A stretch of DNA of 64,000 bases from Geosiphon pyriformis uo1 (taxonomy: Eukaryota; Fungi; Glomeromycota): NCBI GenBank assembly GCA_016748015.1, contig JAAOMT010000678.1, positions 538,389 through 602,388 of the forward strand. Direction: 5' to 3'. How positions within the stretch are numbered: position 1 is the first letter of the stretch; every line of letters begins with the position of its first letter. The translations under genes were made by a program, and so were the position numbers. Shown here one piece after another: positions 1 through 14,400 of this stretch. The notes under the pieces are model-generated. The model was given only the letters and a program-made list of their open reading frames with translations, had not been told where the DNA came from and searched no databases.

Positions 1-329
1 TAATTTTACATAAAAAAATTATAAAATTCTTTAAAAAAACTTTATTTTAATTAATCTAATTACAAAAATAATTGTTTATATTAATATACTTTTGTAAAAC
101 ATTTTTTATATTATAAATAATTAAAATTTTATTTAATAAAATTTTAAAAAAAACTTTGTTAACAATTTTAATTAAAGTAATAAATTAATATTAACCAAAC
201 AGAAAAAAAACTAATTAAAAAAACATAATTAATATATTATAACAAAAAATAATATAAAATTACATAAAATAATTAAGATAATTAATAAAATTCAAAAACT
301 TCTTTTTTTTTTATGTCTAAAATTTACAG

Positions 330-3300
330 AAAAAATACATTTATTGAAAAAAAGTTTTAATCATTTAGTAAAATAAATTCAAACTATTTCTGCTTGATTA
401 TAAGATCATTTTAGGTCTTAATATTGCTATTATAAAGAAATTTGTTAAAGATTTTGGCTTTAATATTATTGTCAAACCTACTTTATTAAAAAAAAAAGAG
501 TGGTGTTTTAGAAGATAGTTTAGATAACAAAAAAGTGTTTGCCAAGAGATTAAGTAATTACTTTTGGAGTTTAGAAATTAGTAATTTTACTAAATCTAAT
601 AGTATTAACATAAAAGTGGAGTGTTTAGTTAAAGAAACTAGTATTGATAATAGTAAGGATAACATTTTTGCTGATGTGAATTCTGACTAAATATCAAAAG
701 ATTCATAAGTAAAAACCAAAAAAGTTTTGAGTAAGCCATTAAGAAAAATCAATTTTTTAAATAATAATGATAATAATATTTTTTTAAATGCTCTTTTGGT
801 GTTTTTTTCTCTTTCAAAAATCTGGTCAATGTCTTTGTTAGAAAGTTTTTTGTTTTAAATATCAAATTAGATAGAATTGCTTGGAAAACATCTCAAAAAA
901 AGTGTATAATAGTCAGAAAACTATTTTCAAGAATCAATAATTTTAAGAAAGCATTAATTTCTTCAAAATTTGCTGGAATTATTTGTCTTTTTTTTACATC
1001 TGAATTGGGTTTAGCACAAATTATAGAAAAGACAAAAGCTGTAAATGTTTTGGTAAACAGTAATCTCAAAAAATTTATTAAGTATTTAGATTAAGCTGTA
1101 ATGATAAAAAAAATTCTAATTAGAATATTAGCTGAAACTGTATATGCTGTATTATCTAAGTTTAGAATAATAAAGTCAATTAAAATGCAATTAATAGAAA
1201 TGTGGCAAAAGGCTGTAATAGAGTTTAAGTAAATAGAGTATGCTAATTTGGTCATAGTGAAATGGTCTATCCTAATCAAAAAAGATGCTATGTATATGGT
1301 AAGAACTTATAAGAACAAAGATTCATGGGATATAAAAAATTATAATAGAGCATTGTTCTATATATTACCAATGGAAACAAATGCTTATAACATCTGAAAT
1401 TTCATTAAATCAATTGGTAAAAAAATGTGCATTATTAATTAGTATCTAGTTATATATACCCAATTAAAATGTGTTGTTGTTTGTTTTATTTCTGCTGAAT
1501 TATTTGATGCTGTCATGAGAACCATATCAGTATTAAGAAGCACTAATCTGCACTAGTTTTGTCTGATTTTTGCTAAGTATGTAAAGTATAGAAATATAAG
1601 TTATATGTTATTAAACTGTTTATAGATGAAAATTTTTTCTTTAGTAAATTTTTTTACAAAATATTGTTAAATACAAATAAGAGCAAACTGGCAATTATTT
1701 ATGCAAAATGTTTGGTTTTTATTCTTTATTTAATTATTTTTAGTAGTGTTTTTTGGGTAAAAGTTGTTGATGAGTTTTTTTTTCCTCTTTTTGTACACAA
1801 TAGTTTGTCAAATTCTGGTTTTTTTCTGAAGATAAAGTTTATTCTATTAGTGCTTAAGTAAATAAATAGTAGATTTGCTGTTTTTGAATACAGTCTTATC
1901 AGTTTTATAGAACAAGTTGGTAAGCTGGTTAAGAGGTTAAACACACTTGGGCCAACAGTTTTCTAGTCTAATTCTAAATATTAGCCATTAGTAACTCTTT
2001 TATTACAGAATTAAGAAGTAAATATAATAATAAGTGAAGGTTTGAGTGCAATAATTAGCAGCAGAATTATTATAAAAGTAGTGGTTTTTGACTTAATAGT
2101 TGTCCCAAAATTGGAAAAAAACATGGACAATTTGTTAATCATAGTTATAAGCCTAATAGCCAAAGTAAACAATACTGTTTTGAGTTCTAATACTTGTTTA
2201 TTTCAATGACCAATCTTATTTAAAAAGTAGCTATATGCAATGTTAAGAGTATAAACAATTTTGTTAAGCAAATATTATTTGTTGGCATAAAGATATGAAC
2301 AATTTGATTTTGATTATTATTAAAACAAAACTGAAAGAGAAAATCTATTTATAAATTGCCAATAAGTTTGATAGTATTTGTGTATTTACTTCTGGTTTGA
2401 ACTCTAATTATTTGGGCTCAAGTATTACAATTGTTATAAATATTGCCTTAATAAAACATATATATAAAGTTTTTTGAGATTTCTGGCTGACTTCTGTTTA
2501 TTAGATTATTCTTCAAAAATAAACTTTTTGTTTTAATTTTAGGGCTGTATATTGATATAGTACTAACAGTACATTTGGCTTAGGCTGAGAAAATTAACTC
2601 ATTGATTGCAAAGACTGTAAATAAATCTTCTTTTATTATTTTGAACAGAAATTTCAATAAAAATGGTTTTTATAAGTGTGCTAGTTTTAAAAAGTGTTTT
2701 GGTTTAAAACTGGTCAATTTTTTAGTAGAAAGCTTGACCACTAAAATAGAAACATAAAAAAATTCTAAAAGTGTTAAAAAAACAATTGATTATATATTTG
2801 TTTTTTTGAGTTTAATTAATACTGTAGTAAATTATAGTATTCTGGATATTGAAGAGTACTTTAACACTAATTATCAAGCTATTTTTGTTTCTGTGAATTT
2901 AAGTAATCTGTTAAATATACATCTGAACTCTGTATACAAGCAAACAAATAAAAATTGTTAAAAGTTTGATTTTAAAAGTTCTAATAAAGCTAAATAAAAT
3001 AAATTTAAGGATGTTATATTGGCTAATACTACAATATTTTCTGACAAGTTCATAGCATTTAAGAAATCCTTAAACCTGAATACAATATAAGATATTATTT
3101 ATAAAATACTGTGTTTATTGGCTAGTAAAATGTTTAAAAAAAAGTGGTTTAAAGACTTTGATAAAATTTTCACCAAAAAGTCTTTTAGGTTTTACAAATT
3201 AGAAATATTAGTATTAAATATTGTTAAATTTTTACATAGTAGAATTAGTATCAAATTTATTTCTTTGATAAACTGCTGGATTTTTTTGAATAATAATAAG

Positions 3301-6300
3301 ACTTTAAGTATTCAAATATTATTGAATTCTAGTGTTGATTGTAAATCTATAAGATCTGTTTTTTTTGGTATAAGAAAAGCATATTGTGCTTTAAAGCTTG
3401 CCAAATTAATAAAAATAGAAAAAATAGGTATTAGAACTGCTATTAACAAGAAAATAAAAAGTTTTGTTGTTAAAAAAGATTACACAATTAGAAGTATATT
3501 AAAGCATTTTTTTTATAAAGTAATATTAGATTATTTAATTGTTAATAGTAAAGTTGATATGAATTTTGAAGAGATAAAATATAAGATTAATATAATCATA
3601 AAGAGTTGAATAAAAAAGAGATTAGTATTGAATAATGTTTCTAATTTGTGACATTGTCAATATATGCCATTGTTTTATGTTAATAATACCACTTTTTCTG
3701 AAATTATAGGTGCTATTAGATATAAGAATATGATATACTTGATCAAAAACTTACTTAATAAGAAGATTGGTGATTTGTCTGATATTACAAATAAACTCTA
3801 AAAGCACTATAATAATTTAATGCTGTTAATACTATTGGATGTCTTAAATACTTATTTGGTATATAAATTAGTATTTCAATCATGAAAAGAGACTTAGATG
3901 TTGATGATTCTTAAATTGTATGAGTAGAAAAGCATTTTAACCAACACCAGGCCAATTACTTTAATTAAGACTGCTTGAAAAATCTTTCTAAAATACTCTT
4001 TGACAGGATTTTAATAATCTATAGCAAATTCAATATTCTTTATAGTAATAATTTTTTTGTGTTAAAAAATACTACTACTTAATTTTCTATCTTTGCAGTA
4101 AATTTAGTAATTAAAGATGTTCTGAAAAAGAATTATGAACTTTGACTGATTTTGCAAAATATGTAAAAAGTCTATAACTCTGTTAATTGTTGTTATTTAG
4201 AAAATAGTTTTATTTGAATCAAGATATGTAAACAATTCATCAGGTTTTTTGAAAGTATTTACAATAATAGAGTCAATTGAATCATAATAAATTATAGGCT
4301 TACTAATAAGTACTCAATACATAATAATCTGAACCAAAATAAAATTTTTTTCTCTTTGCTCTAAAGGATTTTTTATAATTTTTTTTGGTGTAAAATCAAA
4401 ACCATAAAAGTTTGTTTGGCTATTGTATTGACATTAAGTTTGTTGTCAAAACTGGCAGGCTTAAAAATTAGAATAGACTGATCTTTTATCTAATCACTAG
4501 TGCTTTTGTTGATAACACAATTTAGATAAGAAATAGTTAGGCTGCTACTTAATATATTTTGAATATTGCAAGTGATTTTTTTAAAATAAATAATATTTTA
4601 ATAAACAATAAGAAAACAGTAGCTATTTCTATTAATTAGAATGTAAAAAATGTTTTACTTATAATAAGTAGTCTGTCAATATTTGTTGCTCAGAAAAAAA
4701 AGCTTTATAAATATCTTAGTATCTTTTTGTTTTCTAAAGATTTATTAAAGTCTAGTTTAGTAAATACTTACTTTAATATTAGATTTTTTGCAAATTTAGT
4801 CTTAAAGAAAGCTATCTTAAACAAACAATTTTTTTATTCAGTCTTGGCTGTACTGTAGTCTATAGTTGATTACAAAACTCAGTTTAGTTTTATTTCTAAA
4901 AATGTATATAATAAGTGAAATATGTTGATTAAAAAGAGTTTAAGAATAAAGACTGGTTTGTCAAAAAATTTTCCTAATAAAACTCTTTACCATCCATTAT
5001 TGTATAACTTGAAATTATTTAAGCAAATACAAACTAAGAGTAAGACAGCTTCTGTATTAAGTTTTTCAAATACTAATAAGATTCTTAGTTGTCTGTTTAA
5101 TTTTAGGTTTTTAGATTTACAGATTTTATATTGGTTTTTTATTCACTTTTTGTATTATTCTGTAAAGCTAAGAGTTAGTTTAGTTAACAACTTTTTGGCT
5201 AATATGGTAAAAATATTTTTGAATTATAATATGTTTTTTGATAATAACTTTTTTTTTATTCTGTTTTTTTGGTAGCACTCTAATGTCTTCTGTTTTAAAA
5301 AATTCAGTGTTTTATGACATTTTTTACTTACTTAAAAAATTTGGTATAGTCTTTGTTGAACAATTGTATAATAAAAAAGGATTGGTTTTTAATTGAAATA
5401 GCTTTTATTATTGGAAAAAACTTGATTTAAAAGGCCCAATTTCTGTTTGGTTTGGAGTAATATGTAACTTTTTGACTAATTCTGTATTTTATCTTAATGT
5501 TTAGTTGTCTATTAACAGCTTTTAGTTTTCAAAAAATTTTAATATTAGTGGCTTTTTTTAAGCTCAAGCTCTGTTTTTTTAATGCTAATTTAAATATTGT
5601 TAATATTTACACAAATAAATCTTTGAAGAATTTGAATATATGTAAAATAAGATGTGATGTAGCCATATTTTTTTTTGATCTGGATATTAGTGTTAATATT
5701 AAAGTTAGTGATTTAGTATTTTTTACAATGACAAAATTACAAGTAATTGTATTGGTTTTAAAATGTGTTATAGTTTACAGTACTATTGCAATATATTCAG
5801 ACAATTAAGCTGCATTAAATACTTGTGCTGTAGAATTGGACATGAATTTATTAGATTTTTGCAATAATTGCTGGTTAAAAAAATATTGTGTTGTAAATTT
5901 TGTTAAAAATAAGAGATTTAATGTTTCTTAAAATAAAATTAAGAAATATTCAAATGTGTTAAGCAATAAGCATACTGATAAGCTGACCAATTTAGCTTTG
6001 TATTTAAATTTAATGTTTCTTGTTATTATTAATAAAAGATTTATTAAAGCTGGTCAAATAATAATATTTAGAAATATTTATTATTTTATTTGTGAGATTT
6101 TTAAGGCTGTTTATTGTATATACTAGGAAGTTGGGCCTAAATCTAATATTGTTAATATAAACATGACAGAAAATATGAATTAAATTCAAACTTTTTTAGT
6201 CTAATACTCTGACTTACATATGACAGCTGGTTTCATAAGTAAATTTACTACTAGTTTACACTTATATTTTATAAAGCTTTGTACTATTATCTGCCAATTA

Positions 6301-6900
6301 CTGTTTATAAGCATTTATATAATAAAAAATATTCTAATGTATTGTGCTTTTATTGTAGAGAGATAGAGACTTCCAATTATTTTTTTGTGTATTTGATGGA
6401 TTTTGCTGCTTATATTAATCTGTTTAAGCTGTACTTAGTTCAATAAGATGGTATATTAGGCTTGAGTTTGCCATTGTTTTATGTTTTGCAGGTGTTTTAT
6501 TTATGTAGTTCTGATAATACTGTGTATACTGTCTTGTGCAAAAGTTTTGTATTTAAGAAATAGTGCTCAAAAACTGTATTTATTTTTGACAATACCAAAG
6601 TTATTAATGAAAAGATTGTTAATTTAAGACAAAACTTAAGAATAGTCTACTGTGTTAAGATATAAATAGTAAAAGTTAAATATAGGGCAATTATGAAAAA
6701 AAACCTAATTGTACATAATATTTTGGTGTCTTTTAAGGTTTATAGTCTATTATTTCTGCTTTTTAATGATAGTATTAAATTGCTTAGAATTGTAAAAGTA
6801 TATGATATTAGTTTTGGTTTTTGTAAACTTTGTAGTTTTTTTCCTAATACTAATAGTGTGATATTTATTAAAATAGATTCATAGTATTATTTTAACTGGT
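330..6900 (+). mobile_element. Degenerate non-LTR (LINE-like) retrotransposon: ORF1 (Zn knuckle), APE endonuclease, reverse transcriptase, RNase H, C-terminal Zn finger
   Basis: Manual translation through stops gives collinear eroded motifs: ALFYILPMETNAYNI* (~1350, ORF1); VAICNVKSIN (~2227, =ATCNVRG), KTIDYIFV (~2780) and FNTNYQ (=FDTDH) for APE; TNTRPITLIKTA (~3940), LQNM*KVYNSV (~4152, =LQDMRKAYDSV), NLNQNKIFFSLL*RIFY (=GLDQGEVFSPLLWRIFY) and AFVDNTI* (4502, =FVDD) for RT; YTNKS..TKLQVI..YSDN*AAL (from 5608, =YTDGS..AELQAI..SDSQAAL) and KIKKYSNVLSNKHTD (=KVKGHS..GNEHAD) for RNase H; CFYCREIETSNY (~6345). Ends approximate. Confidence 0.88.
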
Positions 6901-8689
6901 TTAAGTAACTAATCACATATAAAAAATACATAATTTTTGCTTAGTTCAGATTACTTAGTTTAATATATTGTGTTAGATAGTATTTGAATCTTACTTATTA
7001 AATAATAATAATAAAAATTAATAATAATACAAAATAATTAATATTATTATTAAATAATTAACAATAATATAAAATAACACAAAATAATTTTTTATTATTT
7101 ATTAAAAAAATAAGATTTAATTGCTATTTCGTATTATATAATATTTAAGTATTTTAAACTAAACACAATTTACATACTTTTTATATATAATTAATTATTT
7201 AGATTATTATAGTATTATTATTTAAACCAGAAAAAAATAAAAAATATTTATGTAATTTAAAACTTATATTAAATGTCTTAATAATATTAAGTAATTATAC
7301 TATACTATTAAATAAAACAACAATAATATTTTTAATAAATAAATATTTAAGACTATAAATTCTTATTAAATATATATAAAAACAATATTTACAATATTAA
7401 TAATAATAAAAAGCATATATTAAACAAAAATTATAACATAAAATAACACAAATTGTAGATTATAATTATTTATAAATTAAACTTAATTTTTTTATTTTTA
7501 AATATTTTATTTATTTATTTTTTAAACCAAAAGCCAAATACAAATTATATAATACTTTTAAAATTATTACTTAAAACAATAATTCTTAAACATAATATTA
7601 CAAAAAATTATTCTTGGTAAATTTGAATATTTATTTTAAATATTATTAAATCTTTAATAATAATTTCTGTTTTTTAATATTAATAAATTATTTGATAATT
7701 CGAAAATTTCTTTAGTAAAATAAAAATTATTATATGTTTTTATGTATTATTATATTATATTTTTTTATTTATAAATTTATATTATTTATACTATATTAAA
7801 TATTTTAATTAATAATTGGCTAATTTATAATTATAATTTTAATCATATTTATGTGTATTTCTTTGTATTATCTAATAATGGTTTTTTGATTTATAAGATT
7901 GTTTATTTTTCTTATATTACATATAATAATTTTTTAAACTAATTTAATTATTTAAAAGTAATATAAAAGTCTTATTCTTAAAAAACAATTTACTAAGTTT
8001 TAATAAAATAGTAGTAATAAGGCCAAAAAATACAAACAATTTTGTTTTTAAACTATTTAAAAATATTTCTAAATCATATTTTGCTTGTTTAAAGAAAATT
8101 ATCTAGACTTAAAACTTGCCATTAAAAGCTATTGAATAAAAAATAAATTTTTTTTTTAATATAAAAATTAGCTTAATAAAAAGTTTTTTTCTTCAAATGT
8201 GTTTTTTTAAAAACTTTTTGGATAAATTAGCAAAAATAATAAAAAAATTACATTTTAATACAAAATAACAAAACTTTTTACAATTTTTACAACAAATTAG
8301 ATCAAATATTATTCATAAAAAATTGATTTTATTAAATATAAAAATAGTACAAAAAGCCCAATTTAAATTTTTTAAAGTTTTAAACAAACAGTAATATATT
8401 TAACTTTAAAATTAATAGTAAATATGCAATTATAATACAAGTTTATTATTAGCTTTTTCTAAAAAATACTAAAATCATGTATAATTGTGTTTATAAACAA
8501 AGTAAACAATAATGTTCTAAACTAATCTTTTAATAATTATATTATCTAATTTTTACTGGCTTTAACCATATATACAAAATTTTTTCTGATTAAAATTAAC
8601 TACTTATATGCTAAAAAATCAGTCTAATTTAATATTAAAAATTTTATTACAAGCTTACTCTTGCACTGAAATTGTTGTTTTCACAGCAG

Positions 8690-9900
8690 CCGAGATCAAA
8701 GCAAACTCAAAGAAATGTATCCAGGCTTCGAGGTGGTGAACAAAGTGTCTGGAAAAAGCTTTCAAAGCTTGGCTATATTGTCATTCTGCTCAAGCATGTT
8801 TATTTTCTCATCGAAAACTCCAAGGAGAACTGCTTACGATGGTTGCTGTTACAAGTGTCATAAGTCGTATTCTCCGACAAGACAACTTTGCAGATGTTCC
8901 GAAACACCTGTTTGGCGTGGAAAACTTATATAAGCAATGATAAAGCACCCCTTCAAGCTTGACGTTCGGGAACATCTCAAGATTAATTTTCATGTATTCA
9001 CGAAGAATTTGAACCCCTTTATCTATCATAAGATACTAAATAATTTGGCTGGTGGGCAAATCTTCCGGAGGAGGTGATTCTTTCTAATATTTACAGCATA
9101 CTTGCCCATGTATAGATGCACATGGAAGCCAAATTACATATAATTATATATATTATAGTATTGGTATTAAAGTATCTCGAGTAAAAAATTTCCAGGGTTT
9201 GTGTTTAATGGGTGACCCTCGTCATTCACGTAGCTCTGAAAATTTGCGATTAAGTTGATTGATGAGATGAGACGGGCTATCAGATGCTTGACAAAGAATG
9301 GCTGCTCAGATCCCTCAAAGAAAAACTGATACATAATTGATAATTCGAGTGAATTTGAGGAAATAGAATACCAGGTCTTCCAAGTAATGAAGAAGGTCCA
9401 GACCAAGTGGTGAAATTAGCTGTTAACATGATTAGGACCAACTGCTCTTGTAACTGTCGCCTTGATAAAGGCCGCCCAGTTGTAAAAATCTTATGTCAAC
9501 ATAGATCCCGATCTTCAAGCTTTATTGAAAATAGGAACTTTTCAGGTACTCAGCTTTCAAGTGATTCTTGACTAGATGAATGCTTTTGATCGAGGAAATC
9601 TTTTCATGCGTATTATTCTTATTTGTACGCCATGGAAAATTTACTACAAAAGATTTCGTGGAAGAAACTTGATAAAATATGTTCTAAAGTTACTTGCAGA
9701 ATTTTTACATTTGGCCCTAAATATTACCTTTTGATACAGTGTAAATAATTTGTCAGCTTTTGTCAACCCAAAGGCTTTTATCTGAACTTTCGAAAGTACC
9801 ATCTATAAATTGATGAAATTACAAAAAACTCATCAACTTTAGTAGGTACGCAGCTTATTTTGTCACAGTGGTTGTCCATTGATAGAAGTTTCAGAGTAAG
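8690..9900 (-). pseudogene. Possible disrupted host gene of unknown function
   Basis: GC and CpG content rise abruptly at ~8670. Two same-strand ORF fragments (9167-9406, 8808-9029) have protein-like composition, separated by stops/frameshifts. No recognisable motif. Confidence 0.25.
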
Positions 9901-10565
9901 TTGTATTGATCATTTCTGTTTAATTCTAAATGTATTAATTTATTTTCCAACAAGTCTTTTAGTCAACAAAGGTTTGAATTTTTTCTTTGAGTTATCTTGA
10001 ATATATTTGGAAACAAGTGCTTTAAGAAATAATTAATCTTTAAAATATCCAAAAGCTCAGACTACAAATCTTTGTTAATCTTAGGAGCTATATCAGCAAC
10101 AAAATGGTCAAATCCAAAGTACTTGGATCTTGGAGACATACTTCAAGAGAAATAATATGTGTATTATACCACCAAAAAATTGCGTTATGGTGGGAAGAGA
10201 CGTTTAAATATATTAAATATTCAAAACCCAATAGAAAAACTTTACACGAGAACCTATTTTCAAGGTATTTTTATAACTTGTGTTTCTCCTTGAAACCTTA
10301 CATAATAAAACCATTCAAGACAACCAAAGCGACGCATAAAATGCAAATTTAAAGCCATATTATTACAAAAACTCTATAGTTATCAACTTTATTTTGAAAA
10401 TCTTTTTGTAAATATTTGAGGAAACGCATAGAATGAATATGAAGTGAAGTAAAGTGATAGTAATAAAAAAATCCAGCATTTTTTTGAGAATAGTTATACT
10501 TATGCTTATGATAAAATTAACCAAGGGATTTCAGTATATTTAATAACAGTTTGGGGATTTTAAAA

Positions 10566-11288
10566 TTAGAAATTTGAGTCTGTATAAGAAAAAAATTGAA
10601 GGAACTCTGGCTGATGACATGACAGGATATTAGTCATTAAAGAGTCATTCTGGAAGGAAGAAGGTATATATTCATAATTAAAATAGAAATTGCTGTTCTC
10701 TGGCAACGTTGGAACTGAAGATTCTGTTCCTTCTATTTGTGTTTTTACTAATGCATTTTCTTGATTTCGTAATTGCTGTGGTATTTTTTTTGAAATATTG
10801 GAAACAAAATTTTTCCAGGATGCCTTAGCTCGTTTCGGTTTGAATTTGTATGTAGGGTTAATTCTCGAATGTTTAGCTCCAACAGCTTTCGACAAAGTTT
10901 TGTATTGGGCTTTATCCTCTGCAGAAGCTAATTTCCATAACTTTGCTGTAACTCTTGACCAGTAGCGCTGATCTTTTTGGTTTATTCCTTTAATTTTTGC
11001 CTGCATAGTGGCACTTTTTCTGAATAATATGTAACAGTTTGGTGGTCTCTTGGTTTGGCCATCCTTTTCTTTATCAAGGTTCGTAATTTCAAAATTGTAA
11101 AGTTCATCACATGTAAATGGAGCAGGAAACAAATTTAGAATTTCACCAATTTGTTTTATTTCTCTTTCTGGCATATCTAATTGTGACGTGATTGCCTTTG
11201 AGACTCTAGCAAATGAATTATTTGGCTCCAATCGATAAATAGGGTAACATGATTTCACGGAAGATGAATTTTGATTTCGGGTTGTCAT
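10566..11288 (-). CDS. HMG-box transcription factor (MATA_HMG/SOX-TCF type), 240 aa, intronless
   Basis: KRPPNCYILFRK...SRVTAKLWKLASAEDKAQYKTLS...HSRINPTYKFKPKR is a sequence-specific HMG box, followed by a low-complexity C-terminus. Confidence 0.92.
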   Translation of the reverse strand: MTTRNQNSSSVKSCYPIYRLEPNNSFARVSKAITSQLDMPEREIKQIGEILNLFPAPFTCDELYNFEITNLDKEKDGQTKRPPNCYILFRKSATMQAKIKGINQKDQRYWSRVTAKLWKLASAEDKAQYKTLSKAVGAKHSRINPTYKFKPKRAKASWKNFVSNISKKIPQQLRNQENALVKTQIEGTESSVPTLPENSNFYFNYEYIPSSFQNDSLMTNILSCHQPEFLQFFSYTDSNF

Positions 11289-11296
11289 TATGATTG

Positions 11297-11475
11297 GGTA
11301 TTTAATGAAATTTTTTTCGTAAGTGTTGCTTTTGAAATATGAAATTTAAAAATACTTTAAAGTAAGAAATTTGGAAATTGGAGACTTTGGTATTTAATTG
11401 AAATATTTTTTCGTAAGTGCTTCTTTGAAATATTAAATTTAAAAACACTTTGAGCAAAAAATTTGGAATCGAGGG
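11297..11475. repeat. ~92-bp imperfect tandem duplication directly upstream of the HMG gene start
   Basis: Two copies of ggtatttaa(t)tgaaat..tttttcgtaagtg...tttgaaatat.aaatttaaaaa.acttt...aaatttggaa. Confidence 0.85.
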
Positions 11476-14400
11476 GAATTCTTTTATTTATATTTCATAA
11501 AAATTGGGCTATATTTCCTTTCATTCCCATATCCAGTATAGCTTTTATTTAGAATACCATATTTTTGCATTTAAACTTTTATCAAACATTTAAATTGGCC
11601 AAGAATCATTTAGATTTCTAAAATTGTCGTTTGGAATTCCAGAACATGATTCGAGGGACCCTTGAATAATAATAAAATTTGAGTCTAAATCCTTTTTTTA
11701 GATCCTATATTTTTGGATTTCCGTGTTTGTTTTCATTTGTGCTGCCATGTTTGATGAACAAGTAAAGGATGAACTATTCCGGCAAAATAGTAAATTTAAT
11801 CAAGTCAAAAGATTATTTGAATTATTTTTTCTCTATCCTAAGCCAGGCCAATGAGAATTCAATGTTGGACAGCATGATGTATTTAAAGGAAACACAACTC
11901 ACTGGGGGTAAATCTACTGATACGATTTAATGCTTTGCCAAGTTGAACTCTTGAGTTCTTTTAGAGTTTAGATTATCTTCTAGAAACTATCGGTAACTCC
12001 AATATCCTTATACAGGTAAAATAGAGTTTTTTTTTTAATAGAAAAGAAGAAAATTATTCGGAAAAAGACGAAAAGAAATTACTAATTGCATAATTATAAA
12101 AATTGTAGAACTTTTTATTATTGTTAACTATTTCGTGTTTTAGATTGACCTTATTAAAGTTAACTTGATTTTTTTTGTAATGCACACAAGAAGTTCATTT
12201 AAGTTCTTTTGCTTAGATTATTAATTCAAACCCGAGATCAATATTTCAATCAAATATTATCTTGAGAAAGTTAATTGAGTTTTTTTTGAAATTCAAAAAT
12301 TAAATATCTAAAATAATATTTAGAAGGTTTAATTATACATGTATATATTGTAAATTATAGATTTGTCAACATTTATAGACTATCATTAATTACACACATG
12401 AGACAATTTCTTTTATTCAAGAATTTCTAATAATTACATAGAACCTTAAATTCAAAATTACCCCAATAATCAAAAATAGTAAAAAGACATTGTGAAAACG
12501 TTTCACAAAATATATCACTTATCAAGTTCCCAACATATAACCAGCTCTACCAATCCAATCCATGATGGCTTAAAGTCTAGAAATACTTGCATTAAAAAAA
12601 TTAAATAAGATATAGAATTGAAAATTTATATTCAAAATGTGAAGGTAAAAGCAGACATTGTCAGAACATATTTTGTTTTAATTGAATAAGGCAAGATAAT
12701 AGGTTTGCTATCATAGTTAATTAAATTTTGAAGATCTTAAATGAGAATTCAGACTGAATAGGATTTGGTTTCATCTTTGGAAATCTTATACGATTATTAG
12801 TACAGTCGTCATTGGGAATATAGCAAGGACGAATCTAATTTTCTTACATAATCTTTCTTCTATTTACAGTTGATCAAAATTTTTATTTATCGAACAATAT
12901 AAAATTTATATCAAAATTTTTTTTTTACTATTCTTAAAATATCAAAAGCACAGGTTCTTTGTTTAAATTTGTTATAATGCAGCATAAATATATGAGCGTC
13001 ACCCAATACGTCATCCCGAGTAACACCAAAGTACATGTTTAATTGTTAAAAAAAATTCTTTTATCGGATATTAACCTTTCCATTTTCCATTGTCTTATCA
13101 CAACGAAATTTTCATTAGGGACAAAGGGAAAACCTTTAATAACAATTAATCCTACCTCTTATGACCCAAATTTTTTTAAAAATTCCCCAAGTGCTTAAAC
13201 TTTTATGATTTGCATTTATTTTAATATGATGTATCGTATGACTTTGATTCAAACCATAGATATTGCCAATTTTTTTTTTGATTCAAACTATACTGCCAGT
13301 TTAAAAGACCCTTCATATCTTATCATTTCAAGGAGACTAAAAATAAGATTCAAGTTAAAAAGTTTTATTTAAATTAAATTATTAATATATATTTACTGAA
13401 ATTTAAATAAACATGTCATAAAACTTGTTTTCTGATTATGTGGCTTATTTCTTTTTTCTCAGTGAATCAGTTAGAATAATTTTAAAGTTTTTTTTTGGCA
13501 CGCAGTCAAAAATTTTTATTTTCAAATTCTGCACGAAATACCCGAAAAAAAAAATTTTACTCAATACTTTTAGAAAAAAGATTAACAAGGTCAATTTTTT
13601 TAAAAAAAATATATTTGTTAACCATAGTATTTAGGTTCTAATAGCACATAAAAATATATTATGATTCTTTTACTATTCAATTTAAAACTTTTAGTTATTA
13701 ATAATTTTTTTTTATCGAAAATACTATTCAATTTTAAGTTTCAAAGATCAAGAGAATATTAAATGGTGTTGAATAAATCAATTTCTTTTTTCATTAGGAA
13801 CTAAATCAATCTAATGCATATCATTTTAAGAGAAGTTAACTTTTATGTGATGGTATGTTTTCGGAATTTCAAGGTAGAAAATTCTTATAATCTTGATTAA
13901 AGATATTCGGATATTAATAAACAAATATTGTGAACCTTTGGGAAAAAAGCATTTTGCATACCATGATGATGTATTAAAATTTTTAATCGAAAGTAAATTG
14001 ACATATTTCGAATTAATAGATCTCCCTAAATGAAACCACATGGTTTAAATATTTTGCTTGGATCGCTTTTAAAAATTGAGTCTGATGTGAACATCACATC
14101 GATTGCTTATCGATGTGTCATTTCATAACGTCAAATTTTAAGTGTTCAATTTAGTTTGAAAAGTTTTTTTTTTTTTAAAAAAAAGATTGCTTATCCAAAA
14201 TATACAAAAATGCTTTGTCATAATTTGGATGACTAAAGTAAAACACACAAGTATGTATCACTGAAATAAAATAAAATAAAATAAAATAAATAAAAACATT
14301 TGGTTCTGTTCAATATATTCTTGCATAAGGGAAAACTCTCTAATATTATTGGAACTTTGGCCTTCTTAATACGGAAATCATATTTTTTAGGATCTTCTTT

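Noticed and set aside
1091-6884. Short ORFs 1091-6884 as independent genes
   Set aside because: They are surviving fragments, or antisense shadows, of the mutated LINE.
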